The notes beneath the pieces were generated by a model. It made no database searches and was not told the origin of the DNA. It saw nothing but the letters and a program-made list of their open reading frames with translations. The translations under genes were made by a program, and so were the position numbers. Positions 36,272-45,018 of a stretch of 64,000 nt of DNA are shown in pieces. How positions within the stretch are numbered: the stretch's first letter is position 1; every line of letters starts with the position of its first letter. The stretch comes from a virus, in IMG/VR virus record IMGVR_UViG_3300045988_146982, positions 1,038 through 65,037 of that record. The stretch is one strand, 5' to 3'.

Positions 36272-36565
36272 CTAAATATTAGCGCAATCTATTTTATCAT
36301 ATTCTTTATGAGTACCAATAAAGCGAATATACACAAACTGAATAGTGAATTTAATCACTACTACCAAACGATAGTTATTGCCTTTGATATTGAAAACATA
36401 GTGTTGATTACCTACATTATCAACGCTATTAAACGTTTTCTTAATATCGGCAAAACAGGTCCACTTGCTTCTTTTCACAATGGTAGTCCATTCTTGCAAA
36501 GCGACCTTTGAATCGGGATGGTTCTCTGCATATTCTTTTAATGCTTGTTCGGTAAATATTCTCAT
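36272..36565 (-). CDS. higB: HigB-type toxin (RelE-fold mRNA interferase)
   Basis: VFNIKGNNYRLVVVIKF...VYIRFIGTHKEYDKID matches the HigB family hallmark. Confidence 0.85.
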   Translation of the reverse strand: MRIFTEQALKEYAENHPDSKVALQEWTTIVKRSKWTCFADIKKTFNSVDNVGNQHYVFNIKGNNYRLVVVIKFTIQFVYIRFIGTHKEYDKIDCANI

Positions 36566-36731
36566 TGGTTACTCAATTATCGTGTGGCAAAAATACATAT
36601 ATAATTCTATAATTCAAAATTATATTCTAATATTTATAATTTAAAAGAGCAAAAAAAATAGCGGCAACTCTTTGAAGCCACCGCTAACTATTTTTCTTAT
36701 ACTAAAACTATAAGTCCCGTAATTTTTCTAA

Positions 36732-38225
36732 CTAAGAGGCGTTTTTCTGTCCCTTATCTCCGATTTGCTCATTCTTTGCTGCTTGTTCCTCTTTGATTTC
36801 TGCAAGTTCCTCTTCTACCCTATCAGCATTTCCGGCAAACATGATTCCCTCACGCGTTGACCAGATGCCACCACTGACAGCGGAAACGGCAGTAGTCACC
36901 TTATCATTCAAATCATCAATCATATATGGAACCAGTTCTGTATCTATGTCAATGGTCTGCGATGCCTTGCTAAACTCGGTTGGATTGATAGAGCCTAAAG
37001 CGGAAACAATGAAATTTACTCTCCGCTGTAAAAACTCGCCGATAACCTCACCGTGATTTTCTACCGCCATATGTGCACCCATGAACATAAAACGGAAAGC
37101 GGTTCCTGATGCTTTGCCTACCCCCTTCAACGTTTCAAAGGATATTCTTGGAGTGTTTGACATATCATAAGCCATATTGGTGAGTGTTTCTGCTTCAAAA
37201 CGTACCGTATCCGGAACTTGGTTCCATGTCAGATATTGAGCATCCGCACCTTCACCTGTAAGTTTGACCATTCTATCCTTAACCTTACCCATGAAACCCT
37301 CTACATCTCCAATTAGCTTCAGCAATGGGAAGAAATGATAATCGATGCAATCAGCATAATTGGATAACAGTTTTTCCAGCCGGACACGGAATGTCTTTAT
37401 CTTCTTGCAATAAGGTTCTGGACGATAAGCATAGAGAACCGGTAGTTTTGGGAATCCATGAGCAAAAGGCGTTCTTTCTTCATACCCTTTAGACAAATCC
37501 CATTGATAAACCATTTTGTCCGTGATAGTCATAAAGCAGATGACCTCCGAATCATCCATGAGCTTCTTCTTGTACTCACGTGAGAAAGCAATCATTTTAC
37601 CTTCGTCGTTAAAGAACGGGTATAGCTTATCACCTCTGAATGGAGACCATAACACGCTTTTCAGTTTCTTGGTGGGCTTGACCTTCCCCCCGAAAGAAGT
37701 CTTTATTTTCTTCCAAAACTTTGCCCAAAACGAATCATCATCGGTAACATACCAATATTCTGCCGCTTCCTGTTCGGAGAGCCAGGCACGGACAATCTTC
37801 TTGTTTTGATATTTGATTTTATTAGACTTGAATACAGCCTTTACCGCATCCAGCAGTTTTTTTTCATCATCATCGGTTGGAGTGCAATCCATAGACGGTT
37901 CTGTGCCGACCGTGAAAGCTGTTTGAATGTTCACTATATCTTGTTCCAATGGAATGGAAATACGGTTCACCGGTTCAGTCTTATACTTTGCTTCGATTTC
38001 ATAAGTCTTACCCGTTTTTTCATCGAAGTGCTTCTCTGCTTCTTTTTCAAGAACCTTTCTGTCCCGATATTTCTTTTTGTCAACCATGATTTCATGTCGT
38101 TCCGGATTCCAATCATCCCAAAGTTTGCAACGGTCGGGAAGTTCAGTCTTTCTACCTTTCTTCAGGTAGTTTATCTTCTGCCCGATGTCAGGCAATGCTA
38201 ATATTTCTTCTAAATTCAATGGCAT
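36732..38225 (-). CDS. Portal protein
   Basis: 497-aa ORF immediately downstream of the large terminase. Confidence 0.65.
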   Translation of the reverse strand: MPLNLEEILALPDIGQKINYLKKGRKTELPDRCKLWDDWNPERHEIMVDKKKYRDRKVLEKEAEKHFDEKTGKTYEIEAKYKTEPVNRISIPLEQDIVNIQTAFTVGTEPSMDCTPTDDDEKKLLDAVKAVFKSNKIKYQNKKIVRAWLSEQEAAEYWYVTDDDSFWAKFWKKIKTSFGGKVKPTKKLKSVLWSPFRGDKLYPFFNDEGKMIAFSREYKKKLMDDSEVICFMTITDKMVYQWDLSKGYEERTPFAHGFPKLPVLYAYRPEPYCKKIKTFRVRLEKLLSNYADCIDYHFFPLLKLIGDVEGFMGKVKDRMVKLTGEGADAQYLTWNQVPDTVRFEAETLTNMAYDMSNTPRISFETLKGVGKASGTAFRFMFMGAHMAVENHGEVIGEFLQRRVNFIVSALGSINPTEFSKASQTIDIDTELVPYMIDDLNDKVTTAVSAVSGGIWSTREGIMFAGNADRVEEELAEIKEEQAAKNEQIGDKGQKNAS

Positions 38226-38236
38226 AGTTTATATTT

Positions 38237-39505
38237 TTAATGTGTGAATATTCCTGTTAAATCTTTCGGCTTCTGAATCTTACCAAGAAGCTCACCCAAT
38301 ACATAGTAACGTACAGCATCTATTCCGTGATTGTCATGGTCTTCCGGTTCGTTGATATAGTTCCCGTCCTTATCCTTTGCCCAAACATACTTTCTGAACT
38401 CGCTTTGCAAGTTGTACGAGCGTTTGGTTATATAAATCTCCATATCTTTCATTTTATCAATTCCGGCATTGATAGAGCCTGCACCTTTCTCTACGGCATA
38501 TATCTTGATTCCTCCGTTGTGTATCTCTTGAATCAATCGAGGATCTGCGCTGTCAGCTATGACTTTCAATCCCCACGGGCGAAGAGTCTTGATGATATCA
38601 GAAGAAAGCAATCCAGTACGGTAATCCACTTCATCCAAGTAAAGGGCGTTATCAACGATACCACAACGAATGGAAGCAGACGGGTCATGCGTATAACCGA
38701 AGTCTTGCCCGAAAGCAACTTTCTTTGCCCAAGCCGGAAACTCGTCAACAATGCCCCACTTCTTGAACACAGCACCTTCCGCCACGTCTGCCCAACGGCC
38801 GATAACCACATGAGCATACTTTTCAGGATTACTCACCTTCATATCTTCCACCTCTTTCAGGAACTCAGGAGAAAGGTTATCCAAGTTATCAAAATACGTA
38901 GTATGGATATGGAGCACATTCGGATGAGTGGAAATCTGAACCTGCACACCATCAATCTCTACCAGCTTGTGAGTTTTCTCAATGTATTTTTTGTAGATGA
39001 AGTGATTGGAATCGCACGGGTTCATAATGATGATAATCCGGTTCTGAATACCCTTCTTGCGAATGGAGAGCATTATCTTGTCGAACTCATCTTCGTTTGT
39101 CCACTCTTCCGCTTCATCGCAGACGAAAGTCGTAATGCCTTGAATGGATTTCAGTTTTGCTGTCTGGTTCCCGGAAGAAGTCTTGATACCCCGGAACATG
39201 ATACGGCTCTTAGTCATCTTATTGACTATGTCCGTCTTTGTGGTCTTGAAATATTTCGTGGTACCGTCCAAATCTATCTTCTCCATCATTTCGGGGATGA
39301 TAGACATACCGGCAGAAACCATCGTGTAACGGGTGTAAAGAATCTGATGCACAATCTTCTCTACAGGAGTCATTTCAAAAGTCAACCGCTCAATAAAAGT
39401 AGAAGCATTGAAAGACTTTCCGCTACCACGCCCACCGGTGATAAGAATTATAAATTTTTCCTTATCCTCATATAATGGATGGTAAATTTCTTGAGGTACT
39501 ATCAT
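38237..39505 (-). CDS. terL: Terminase large subunit
   Basis: Walker A ITGGRGSGKSF, Walker B-like FVCDEAEEW, and a C-terminal nuclease-like half. Confidence 0.85.
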   Translation of the reverse strand: MIVPQEIYHPLYEDKEKFIILITGGRGSGKSFNASTFIERLTFEMTPVEKIVHQILYTRYTMVSAGMSIIPEMMEKIDLDGTTKYFKTTKTDIVNKMTKSRIMFRGIKTSSGNQTAKLKSIQGITTFVCDEAEEWTNEDEFDKIMLSIRKKGIQNRIIIIMNPCDSNHFIYKKYIEKTHKLVEIDGVQVQISTHPNVLHIHTTYFDNLDNLSPEFLKEVEDMKVSNPEKYAHVVIGRWADVAEGAVFKKWGIVDEFPAWAKKVAFGQDFGYTHDPSASIRCGIVDNALYLDEVDYRTGLLSSDIIKTLRPWGLKVIADSADPRLIQEIHNGGIKIYAVEKGAGSINAGIDKMKDMEIYITKRSYNLQSEFRKYVWAKDKDGNYINEPEDHDNHGIDAVRYYVLGELLGKIQKPKDLTGIFTH

Positions 39506-40017
39506 TTCAGCTTGTCTTTAATCCAGGAATCAATGTTGATGCCGTGCTCTATGTCTGTTGGAATATCAGCATCTTCATCCTGCTTGCGTTCAATCTTTCT
39601 CCAATCTTCATCATGGTGGTACAGCCAAACGGACATTGCTTGCAAATTAGGAGCCAACTCGCTTTCGCTAACTTGTAATTCATCTTCGCCCGTCAAATTT
39701 CCCTCTGAATCACGGAGCTTTCTTACCACGGTGCTTTTGGTTTTTATGCCACCGAGAGCCATTGCAAGGAATTTAGCCCTTACAGTGGCATTGATTGTCG
39801 CGCGCCCACGCGCTAATACATCGGTTATCTCCGAATATTTTGACTTCATTTCGTAGAAGTATGTCGGATTCAATCCGAGTGCAAAAGCGATTTCTTTGTC
39901 CGTGAATCCCTTTTTAGCATACGTTTCTACCTGAGAAAGAAAGTCCTCGCTCTTGTAGTCGAATTTTGGCTTTCTTCCTCCTGGATGTTTCTTATGTTGA
40001 GATTCACCATTGCTCAT
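39502..40017 (-). CDS. terS: Terminase small subunit (HTH)
   Basis: 171-aa basic protein overlapping the terL start by 4 nt. Confidence 0.6.
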   Translation of the reverse strand: MSNGESQHKKHPGGRKPKFDYKSEDFLSQVETYAKKGFTDKEIAFALGLNPTYFYEMKSKYSEITDVLARGRATINATVRAKFLAMALGGIKTKSTVVRKLRDSEGNLTGEDELQVSESELAPNLQAMSVWLYHHDEDWRKIERKQDEDADIPTDIEHGINIDSWIKDKLK

Positions 40018-40158
40018 ATCATTTATTCTTTAATTTTCCGCATTTATCACATTGTTCGTAGCGAAAATCTAAATTCCCTTTCCAAACATAATGGTGAACG
40101 CAGAAGAAGTTCTGTTTTAAATATCGCTTTAACCAAAGGATAAAATCTCCAAACATTT

Positions 40159-40908
40159 TTATTCAATTCTTTCTACTTGTTCATCGAATACTTCTCCCTT
40201 TATGAACTTCATATCAGGGTCATAACCGAACCTTTCGCAGAATGCGGCTTTAGCTTCATAGGTATCAAAGGACAATATCACATAGGCATCCATGTTCTCG
40301 GCTTGCTTCTGTGCGTTTTCTTTCACCTGATGCTTGACCTCTTTCATGTGGGCAACCTTTTCGGCACGTTCCAACTGCTTGGCGGCTTTATCGGCTTCTT
40401 TCTGTTCGGAAACTGGGACCATCATATCAGACAAAGCATCCGCAATAGAGTTTTCCTCTTCGGTCTGCAAAAGATAGTCAACACCAATCATATTCAAGTC
40501 GGCATCAGTCAGTCCTGCATCTTTCCAGTCAATATCAGGAACAATACGGGCAAGAGCGTCAAAATCCCATGTGCCTTGTGCATTCGGGTTGTTCATTAAA
40601 ATATTCAACTCCTTTTCCTGCTGCTCGTTCACATCTATGACATCGACACGAATGCGGTAGTCGTTATCGGGAAACTTTTGCAATTCGTCCATGACAGACA
40701 AACGCTGGTGCCCGCTGACTACGGTAAGACCTGTACGCTTGTTCACGACAATTCCACCGACTAAACCAAACTTCTTGATGCCACGTTTCAGTGTCTTACG
40801 TGATTCATCGGAAAGTTTCCGGGGGTTATAATCTGCAAAGTGAATGGCAGAACGATTAAGTTCCATCGATTCACTCTTTATGTATTTTGACAATTCCATA
40901 TCATCCAT
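40159..40908 (-). CDS. ParB-like nuclease domain protein
   Basis: ParB/Srx N-terminal domain pattern FADYNPRKL...VVSGHQRL. Confidence 0.65.
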   Translation of the reverse strand: MDDMELSKYIKSESMELNRSAIHFADYNPRKLSDESRKTLKRGIKKFGLVGGIVVNKRTGLTVVSGHQRLSVMDELQKFPDNDYRIRVDVIDVNEQQEKELNILMNNPNAQGTWDFDALARIVPDIDWKDAGLTDADLNMIGVDYLLQTEEENSIADALSDMMVPVSEQKEADKAAKQLERAEKVAHMKEVKHQVKENAQKQAENMDAYVILSFDTYEAKAAFCERFGYDPDMKFIKGEVFDEQVERIE

Positions 40909-41119
40909 TAGTTAAACCCATATAAATTCTTCGAGATACTTTTCTTGCGCCATCTTGTTGTTTCCCCTCATTATACCCAAAGGTTCGTTCAATGTATCGA
41001 ATATACTTTCTTGCCATAGAGTTTACTCTGTTCAGCCTATTACCCGTTAAAGTACGAGATAGTCTGTATCTTTGCTCTGCAATATCATCAATTGATTTTC
41101 TTCTGACTCGGCTTTCCTT

Positions 41120-41797
41120 CTATTGCTTTTGTTGATTATTATACTCCCAAAGCACCCTTTCAGCCATTGGGAAAACTTTGTAAATTCTCTGTAAATCTTG
41201 CGGGTAATTATTCTCCATCCAAAGCATACAATCAAGATTGAAACCTACTCCCGAACTGGCTTTCAATGAATATCGAACTGGTTCGGGTAATTTGTGCTGT
41301 CTCATATAAGCAAGAATGTCCTTTTGTGTCCAATCAGCCAAAGGATAAACCATACCGTTATTCTCGTAACCGTTTACCTCATACCCTTTCAGCATAAGCC
41401 TGCGGTTCATACCATCAGCTTTTTTCATGCCCAAGAATGTATAATAAACTCCATGAGTAAGCTGCATAGCCTTTACCACATCTGCCAACTTCAATAGCTT
41501 TACTTTCGGATTAGGCACGCAATACATACCTCCACGAAGAATATAAGTAAGATTCCAGTGAGGCACTTGCACAAACTCAATCTTTGGATATTTGACTTTA
41601 GTCCAGCCAATCCATCGGTTAATGTGCTCCAAATTCTTGACAAAGTACATGAACACACAAACAATCCGGTCAAACTTCGGATAGATTAAATCAAGCAGAA
41701 CAAGCGAATCTTTGCCAAGTGATAAAAACAGTAAAGCCTCATTCGATTTTACCCGAATGAGGTCTATATACCGGTTCGCTTGTTCTACCTTGCTCAT
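41120..41797 (-). CDS. PAPS-reductase / PP-loop family protein
   Basis: PP-loop variant LFLSLGKDSLVLLDL near the N-terminus. Confidence 0.6.
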   Translation of the reverse strand: MSKVEQANRYIDLIRVKSNEALLFLSLGKDSLVLLDLIYPKFDRIVCVFMYFVKNLEHINRWIGWTKVKYPKIEFVQVPHWNLTYILRGGMYCVPNPKVKLLKLADVVKAMQLTHGVYYTFLGMKKADGMNRRLMLKGYEVNGYENNGMVYPLADWTQKDILAYMRQHKLPEPVRYSLKASSGVGFNLDCMLWMENNYPQDLQRIYKVFPMAERVLWEYNNQQKQ

Positions 41798-41999
41798 AGC
41801 TAACCACCGCTTAAACCAAATGAAGTACGAAGGTCACTATAACGCTGTCTGCGTGACCCCAACTGTGATGTACCAGCTTCACCGCCACGTCTGGCAACCA
41901 ATCTACCACCAGCCCCGGCACCGTTCATATTTCTGCGAGGCCCGGCTACTCTGTTAATTCTTCTTGCGACTCTGCTTTCTAATTTTAAAAGTTGAACAA

Positions 42000-42389
42000 T
42001 TAGTCTATATGTTTCTCTAATATCTTACCCAAGGTATAATCCATTTGGGCTGCGAGATATTCTTCACCTTGATGTTCGTAAACGATATCATTACCGTTTT
42101 CATCTGTGAGAATTACTGCTTCTGCGTTCTTTACCTCTACAATGATATAAGGACGTTTACCTATATATGCACCTGTCAGAAGCTTGATTGCATCGTACTT
42201 GATAGGCTTTAATTCTATTTCACCCTCTTCAGGCAGTTCTGCATCAGCCAGATATTCTTTACCGCCACATAGGTAAGTGATATACTTCTTAGCGTTGGTT
42301 GGTCTGATTTCACGGTATTCGTGGGTTTTCTTGCCTGCCAAGATTTCATCGAAATACTTCTGTTTGATGCTTAATGTAAGAATGTTCAT
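42000..42389 (-). CDS. ASCH (PUA-like) domain protein
   Basis: N-terminus LSIKQKYFDEILAGKKTHEYREIR fits the ASCH pattern. The start is embedded in GACACGATTATG. Confidence 0.55.
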   Translation of the reverse strand: MNILTLSIKQKYFDEILAGKKTHEYREIRPTNAKKYITYLCGGKEYLADAELPEEGEIELKPIKYDAIKLLTGAYIGKRPYIIVEVKNAEAVILTDENGNDIVYEHQGEEYLAAQMDYTLGKILEKHID

Positions 42390-42421
42390 AATCGTGTCAA
42401 ATTTAAATTAATACTCAATAG

Positions 42422-42493
42422 TTGCGGGGGGCTGAATCGAACAACCGACCTTCACCAAGTCAAAGTGAAAAGCTACCACTGCTACACCCCGCG
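42422..42493 (-). tRNA. Phage tRNA with an initiator-type acceptor stem (C1xA72) but anticodon GAC
   Basis: Hand-folded 72-nt cloverleaf: CGCGGGG TG TAGC AGTGGTA GCTT T TCACT TTGACTT GGTGA AGGTC GGTTG TTCGATT CAGCC CCCCGCA A. Confidence 0.7.
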
Positions 42494-42551
42494 ATAGTAC
42501 CCCAAAGGTACTACCACAACCAAAGATAACGAAATATCTTCAATCGTTATA

Positions 42552-42575
42552 CACGACAATCGGCTTATTGTCGTG
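42552..42575. repeat. Copy of the palindrome family CACGACAAT-N6-ATTGTCGTG
   Basis: Perfect 9-bp arms spanning the stop codon of ORF 42565-42771. Confidence 0.75.
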
Positions 42576-42771
42576 AACTAAGCCATTTGTCCCGTCTTTC
42601 TCTACACGCCTCTAAGGTAGGCGCACAACAAGCAAAGAATTCACCACTTTCAGTACGGTAGTCGTACTGGTACATTCTCACTCTTTTACCTCTCAACCTG
42701 GTGTTGTAGGTGGTGTAATTTTCTTTACCGGGTTGACATACGCTGCAACCGTTTACATTTATTGAGTTCAT
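42565..42771 (-). CDS. Cys-rich small protein (zinc-ribbon-like)
   Basis: 68 aa with CSVC...CC...C. Confidence 0.45.
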   Translation of the reverse strand: MNSINVNGCSVCQPGKENYTTYNTRLRGKRVRMYQYDYRTESGEFFACCAPTLEACRERRDKWLSSRQ

Positions 42772-42910
42772 AATTCAAGTAATTGTTTCGTTTTATCCAC
42801 GTCTACAAAACTCGTCCACCCTGCTTTATGCAGTTTTATAGCTGCCTCTCTGATTGTGATTTTACCACTCTTGACACTTTCTTTCAAAGATTCTAATACA
42901 TTCTTCATTC

Positions 42911-43135
42911 TTAATTCATTTTCACATTCAATCTTTCTTCACTCGTATAAGCCACTACAAGCCCTGTTTCATCATGCTGTATGGTGATGCACTTTTCACC
43001 CCTCTCTATAGTAGAGAAGTCATAAGGGGTTACCATCTTACCCAATACCTTGCCCAGTTGCTTCATCAGTGGGGCTTCAGGGCTGATAACTAAAACTAAA
43101 TCTGCTTTCATAATCGTGTATATTGTGGCAGCCAT
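42911..43135 (-). CDS. Hypothetical protein (probable start MKADLVLV at 43111)
   Basis: The internal ATG is embedded in TACACGATTATG. Confidence 0.45.
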   Translation of the reverse strand: MAATIYTIMKADLVLVISPEAPLMKQLGKVLGKMVTPYDFSTIERGEKCITIQHDETGLVVAYTSEERLNVKMN

Positions 43136-43147
43136 AAGGCTACCGGA

Positions 43148-43405
43148 TTAGAACTCAACCAATATCAATCTTTCTAAAGAACCTGATGCTTTCACCCACA
43201 TATGATTATGTCCGAAACCATAATCGAAAAACAGTTTAAAATAAGGGTATCTTACTATTAAAGAGTTCATACAGCCTCTTAACTCGTCTTCTGACATACA
43301 AGAAGTTATTTCATTGATTATTTGAACGAAAAGATATAAAACTTCTGGTTCATTATTCAATAACGGTTTTTCTATAACTGCTTTTAAAAATATATTTTCT
43401 TTCAT
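43148..43405 (-). CDS. Hypothetical protein (85 aa)
   Basis: ORF in the leftward early operon. Confidence 0.4.
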   Translation of the reverse strand: MKENIFLKAVIEKPLLNNEPEVLYLFVQIINEITSCMSEDELRGCMNSLIVRYPYFKLFFDYGFGHNHMWVKASGSLERLILVEF

Positions 43406-43447
43406 ATCCTTCTATATTGCGCAGGGCTTTCGCCCTGCTGGTTAAAC

Positions 43448-43627
43448 TCAGTTTATTTCGTAATAAGGTTGCTCGCCTCTAATAACTCTCTTTGCATCTG
43501 CAATGCTATCATACAGCTTTGATTCGTCATTATCTATGATTACAAATTCTTGATGAAAGCCATCTTCAAACACTGTTATTATGTGGCCTTTGTAACTTAC
43601 TTCTCTGATGATATTCTTTGTTGTCAT
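43448..43627 (-). CDS. Small ORF (59 aa), first gene of a leftward operon
   Basis: ATG at 43627 lies within ATACGATTATG. It is below the ORF-track cutoff. A promoter box lies at 43671-43678. Confidence 0.4.
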   Translation of the reverse strand: MTTKNIIREVSYKGHIITVFEDGFHQEFVIIDNDESKLYDSIADAKRVIRGEQPYYEIN

Positions 43628-43664
43628 AATCGTATATCTTTTAATTGTTATTACTTCTTGTTTG

Positions 43665-43680
43665 ATGATGCAAAAATAGT
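43665..43680 (-). promoter_or_regulatory. Early promoter, extended consensus AGTATnTTTGCATCAT
   Basis: The - strand reads ACTATTTTTGCATCAT. Confidence 0.5.
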
Positions 43681-43760
43681 ATTATTTATAATACAAAATA
43701 CTATTTACACGTTAATAAATCATAAATTACAGTCTTATTTATAATACATACTAATAAATA

Positions 43761-43776
43761 AGTATTTTTGCATCAT
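43761..43776 (+). promoter_or_regulatory. Early promoter abutting ATG 43775 (predicts a leaderless mRNA)
   Basis: AGTATTTTTGCATCAT, with only 4 nt between the -7 box G (43770) and the ATG. Confidence 0.5.
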
Positions 43777-44002
43777 GGAAGCAAAAGGAGTAATACACTT
43801 AGAAATTAAGGCTACCGGATTGCATAGGTATTTCGGTTCGCCATCGGCTATGTATGACAACTATACAAGCCAAGAATTAGGAATAGCTCGACAATCACTG
43901 CTGAATTATTGGCAGAAAACAGAAGAGCCCTATGAAAATGCTATTTGTATTATTAGAAGGGGAGAATTAGAACGAAAAACTAAATTAAAAAAGGAGGTAT
44001 AA
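43775..44002 (+). CDS. Hypothetical protein (75 aa), rightward
   Basis: ORF divergent from the leftward operon. Confidence 0.45.
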   Translation: MEAKGVIHLEIKATGLHRYFGSPSAMYDNYTSQELGIARQSLLNYWQKTEEPYENAICIIRRGELERKTKLKKEV

Positions 44003-44003
44003 T

Positions 44004-44189
44004 ATGGGATTATTTAGTGAAGAATTTGAAAAAGAAGAAAGAGATTTTTTAAAACAAACTAATGGAAAAATTTCTCTTGAAGAGATTGCGCATATTCGTA
44101 AAAAATACGAGCATAATTTCAATTCAAATAGAGATAATTTTAACAAGTTTAAAAAGGAGGTTATGAAAAAGATAAAGCCGGAGCAATAA
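44004..44189 (+). CDS. Hypothetical protein (61 aa)
   Basis: Starts 2 nt after the previous stop; lysine-rich. Confidence 0.4.
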   Translation: MGLFSEEFEKEERDFLKQTNGKISLEEIAHIRKKYEHNFNSNRDNFNKFKKEVMKKIKPEQ

Positions 44190-44198
44190 ACTCCAGCT

Positions 44199-44636
44199 TC
44201 AATTGATTAGCCCTTTGAATCTTAACCGATTTACGATTTTGGTGTAAAGATACTCTATATCCCCGCTGAAATCCCCATAATTCTGATACAGAAACACGAC
44301 ATCAGCGCAGTTGTCGGAAATTGTACTCTTGGACTGAACCCCAAGTACCCTTGACATCTCTTCGCGTAACCCAGCTGTCATTTTCCCACCGGCAAGCGAA
44401 CTTGGAGAAAACAGGTACAGGATAATGAAAATGAACTTTTTCCGCTGGGTAACACTGTCAATATTCGGTGGACATCCTCTCTCATTCAGTAGCTCAACAA
44501 ATATTTTATAGATATCCCTAATAAGGCTTTTATCTCTCAAAATCGGTGAAGCTAAGGTATTTTCTTCTTCTGAAAGTTCTGATTTCTCAATTCTAATTTT
44601 TTTAAGACGAATTATTTTGTTAAAATCCAGTGCCAT
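44199..44636 (-). CDS. Hypothetical protein (145 aa)
   Basis: ORF convergent with the short rightward pair. Confidence 0.45.
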   Translation of the reverse strand: MALDFNKIIRLKKIRIEKSELSEEENTLASPILRDKSLIRDIYKIFVELLNERGCPPNIDSVTQRKKFIFIILYLFSPSSLAGGKMTAGLREEMSRVLGVQSKSTISDNCADVVFLYQNYGDFSGDIEYLYTKIVNRLRFKGLIN

Positions 44637-44660
44637 AACACGATTATTTTAAAAATAAAT

Positions 44661-44676
44661 AGTATATTTGCATCAT
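44661..44676 (+). promoter_or_regulatory. Promoter-like box flanked by inverted ACACGATTAT copies
   Basis: AGTATATTTGCATCAT lies between ACACGATTAT (44638-44647) and ATAATCGTGT (44675-44684). Confidence 0.4.
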
Positions 44677-44698
44677 AATCGTGTAAGAAAGAGCTGAT

Positions 44699-44947
44699 TC
44701 ATGGTCGTGCGTGGGTTGGCTCTTTTTCATTCATGCTGACGAATGGTTTCTTTTCCAAATCATAGCAGGTGATATATACCCGTTTTCCATTGACATCACA
44801 TAGAGCAAGGGCATATCCTTTCTCTAGTATTTTAACCAGCTGATTATCGCAATAGACAGTACTTCCAACCGGAACTCTTATAAAATGACGTACTATCATT
44901 TGATTATCTTTAGCTTGTTGTACCAGTGTGAAGCGAAAGGAAACCAC
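44699..44947 (-). CDS. Hypothetical protein (82 aa)
   Basis: ORF only. Confidence 0.4.
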   Translation of the reverse strand: MVSFRFTLVQQAKDNQMIVRHFIRVPVGSTVYCDNQLVKILEKGYALALCDVNGKRVYITCYDLEKKPFVSMNEKEPTHARP

Positions 44948-45018
44948 CCGATTAGGAATGACTCCCCGAAAATAGTTACTTTATATAGTTTGCTCATGGA
45001 TTTTTCTTTTCAAGTATT

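Noticed and set aside
38327-39475. 382-aa + strand ORF
   Set aside because: It is antisense to the large terminase gene, which has clear Walker motifs. It is a shadow ORF.
41047-41235. 62-aa minus-strand ORF
   Set aside because: It overlaps the 3' end of the PAPS-reductase-family gene in another frame, and nothing supports it.
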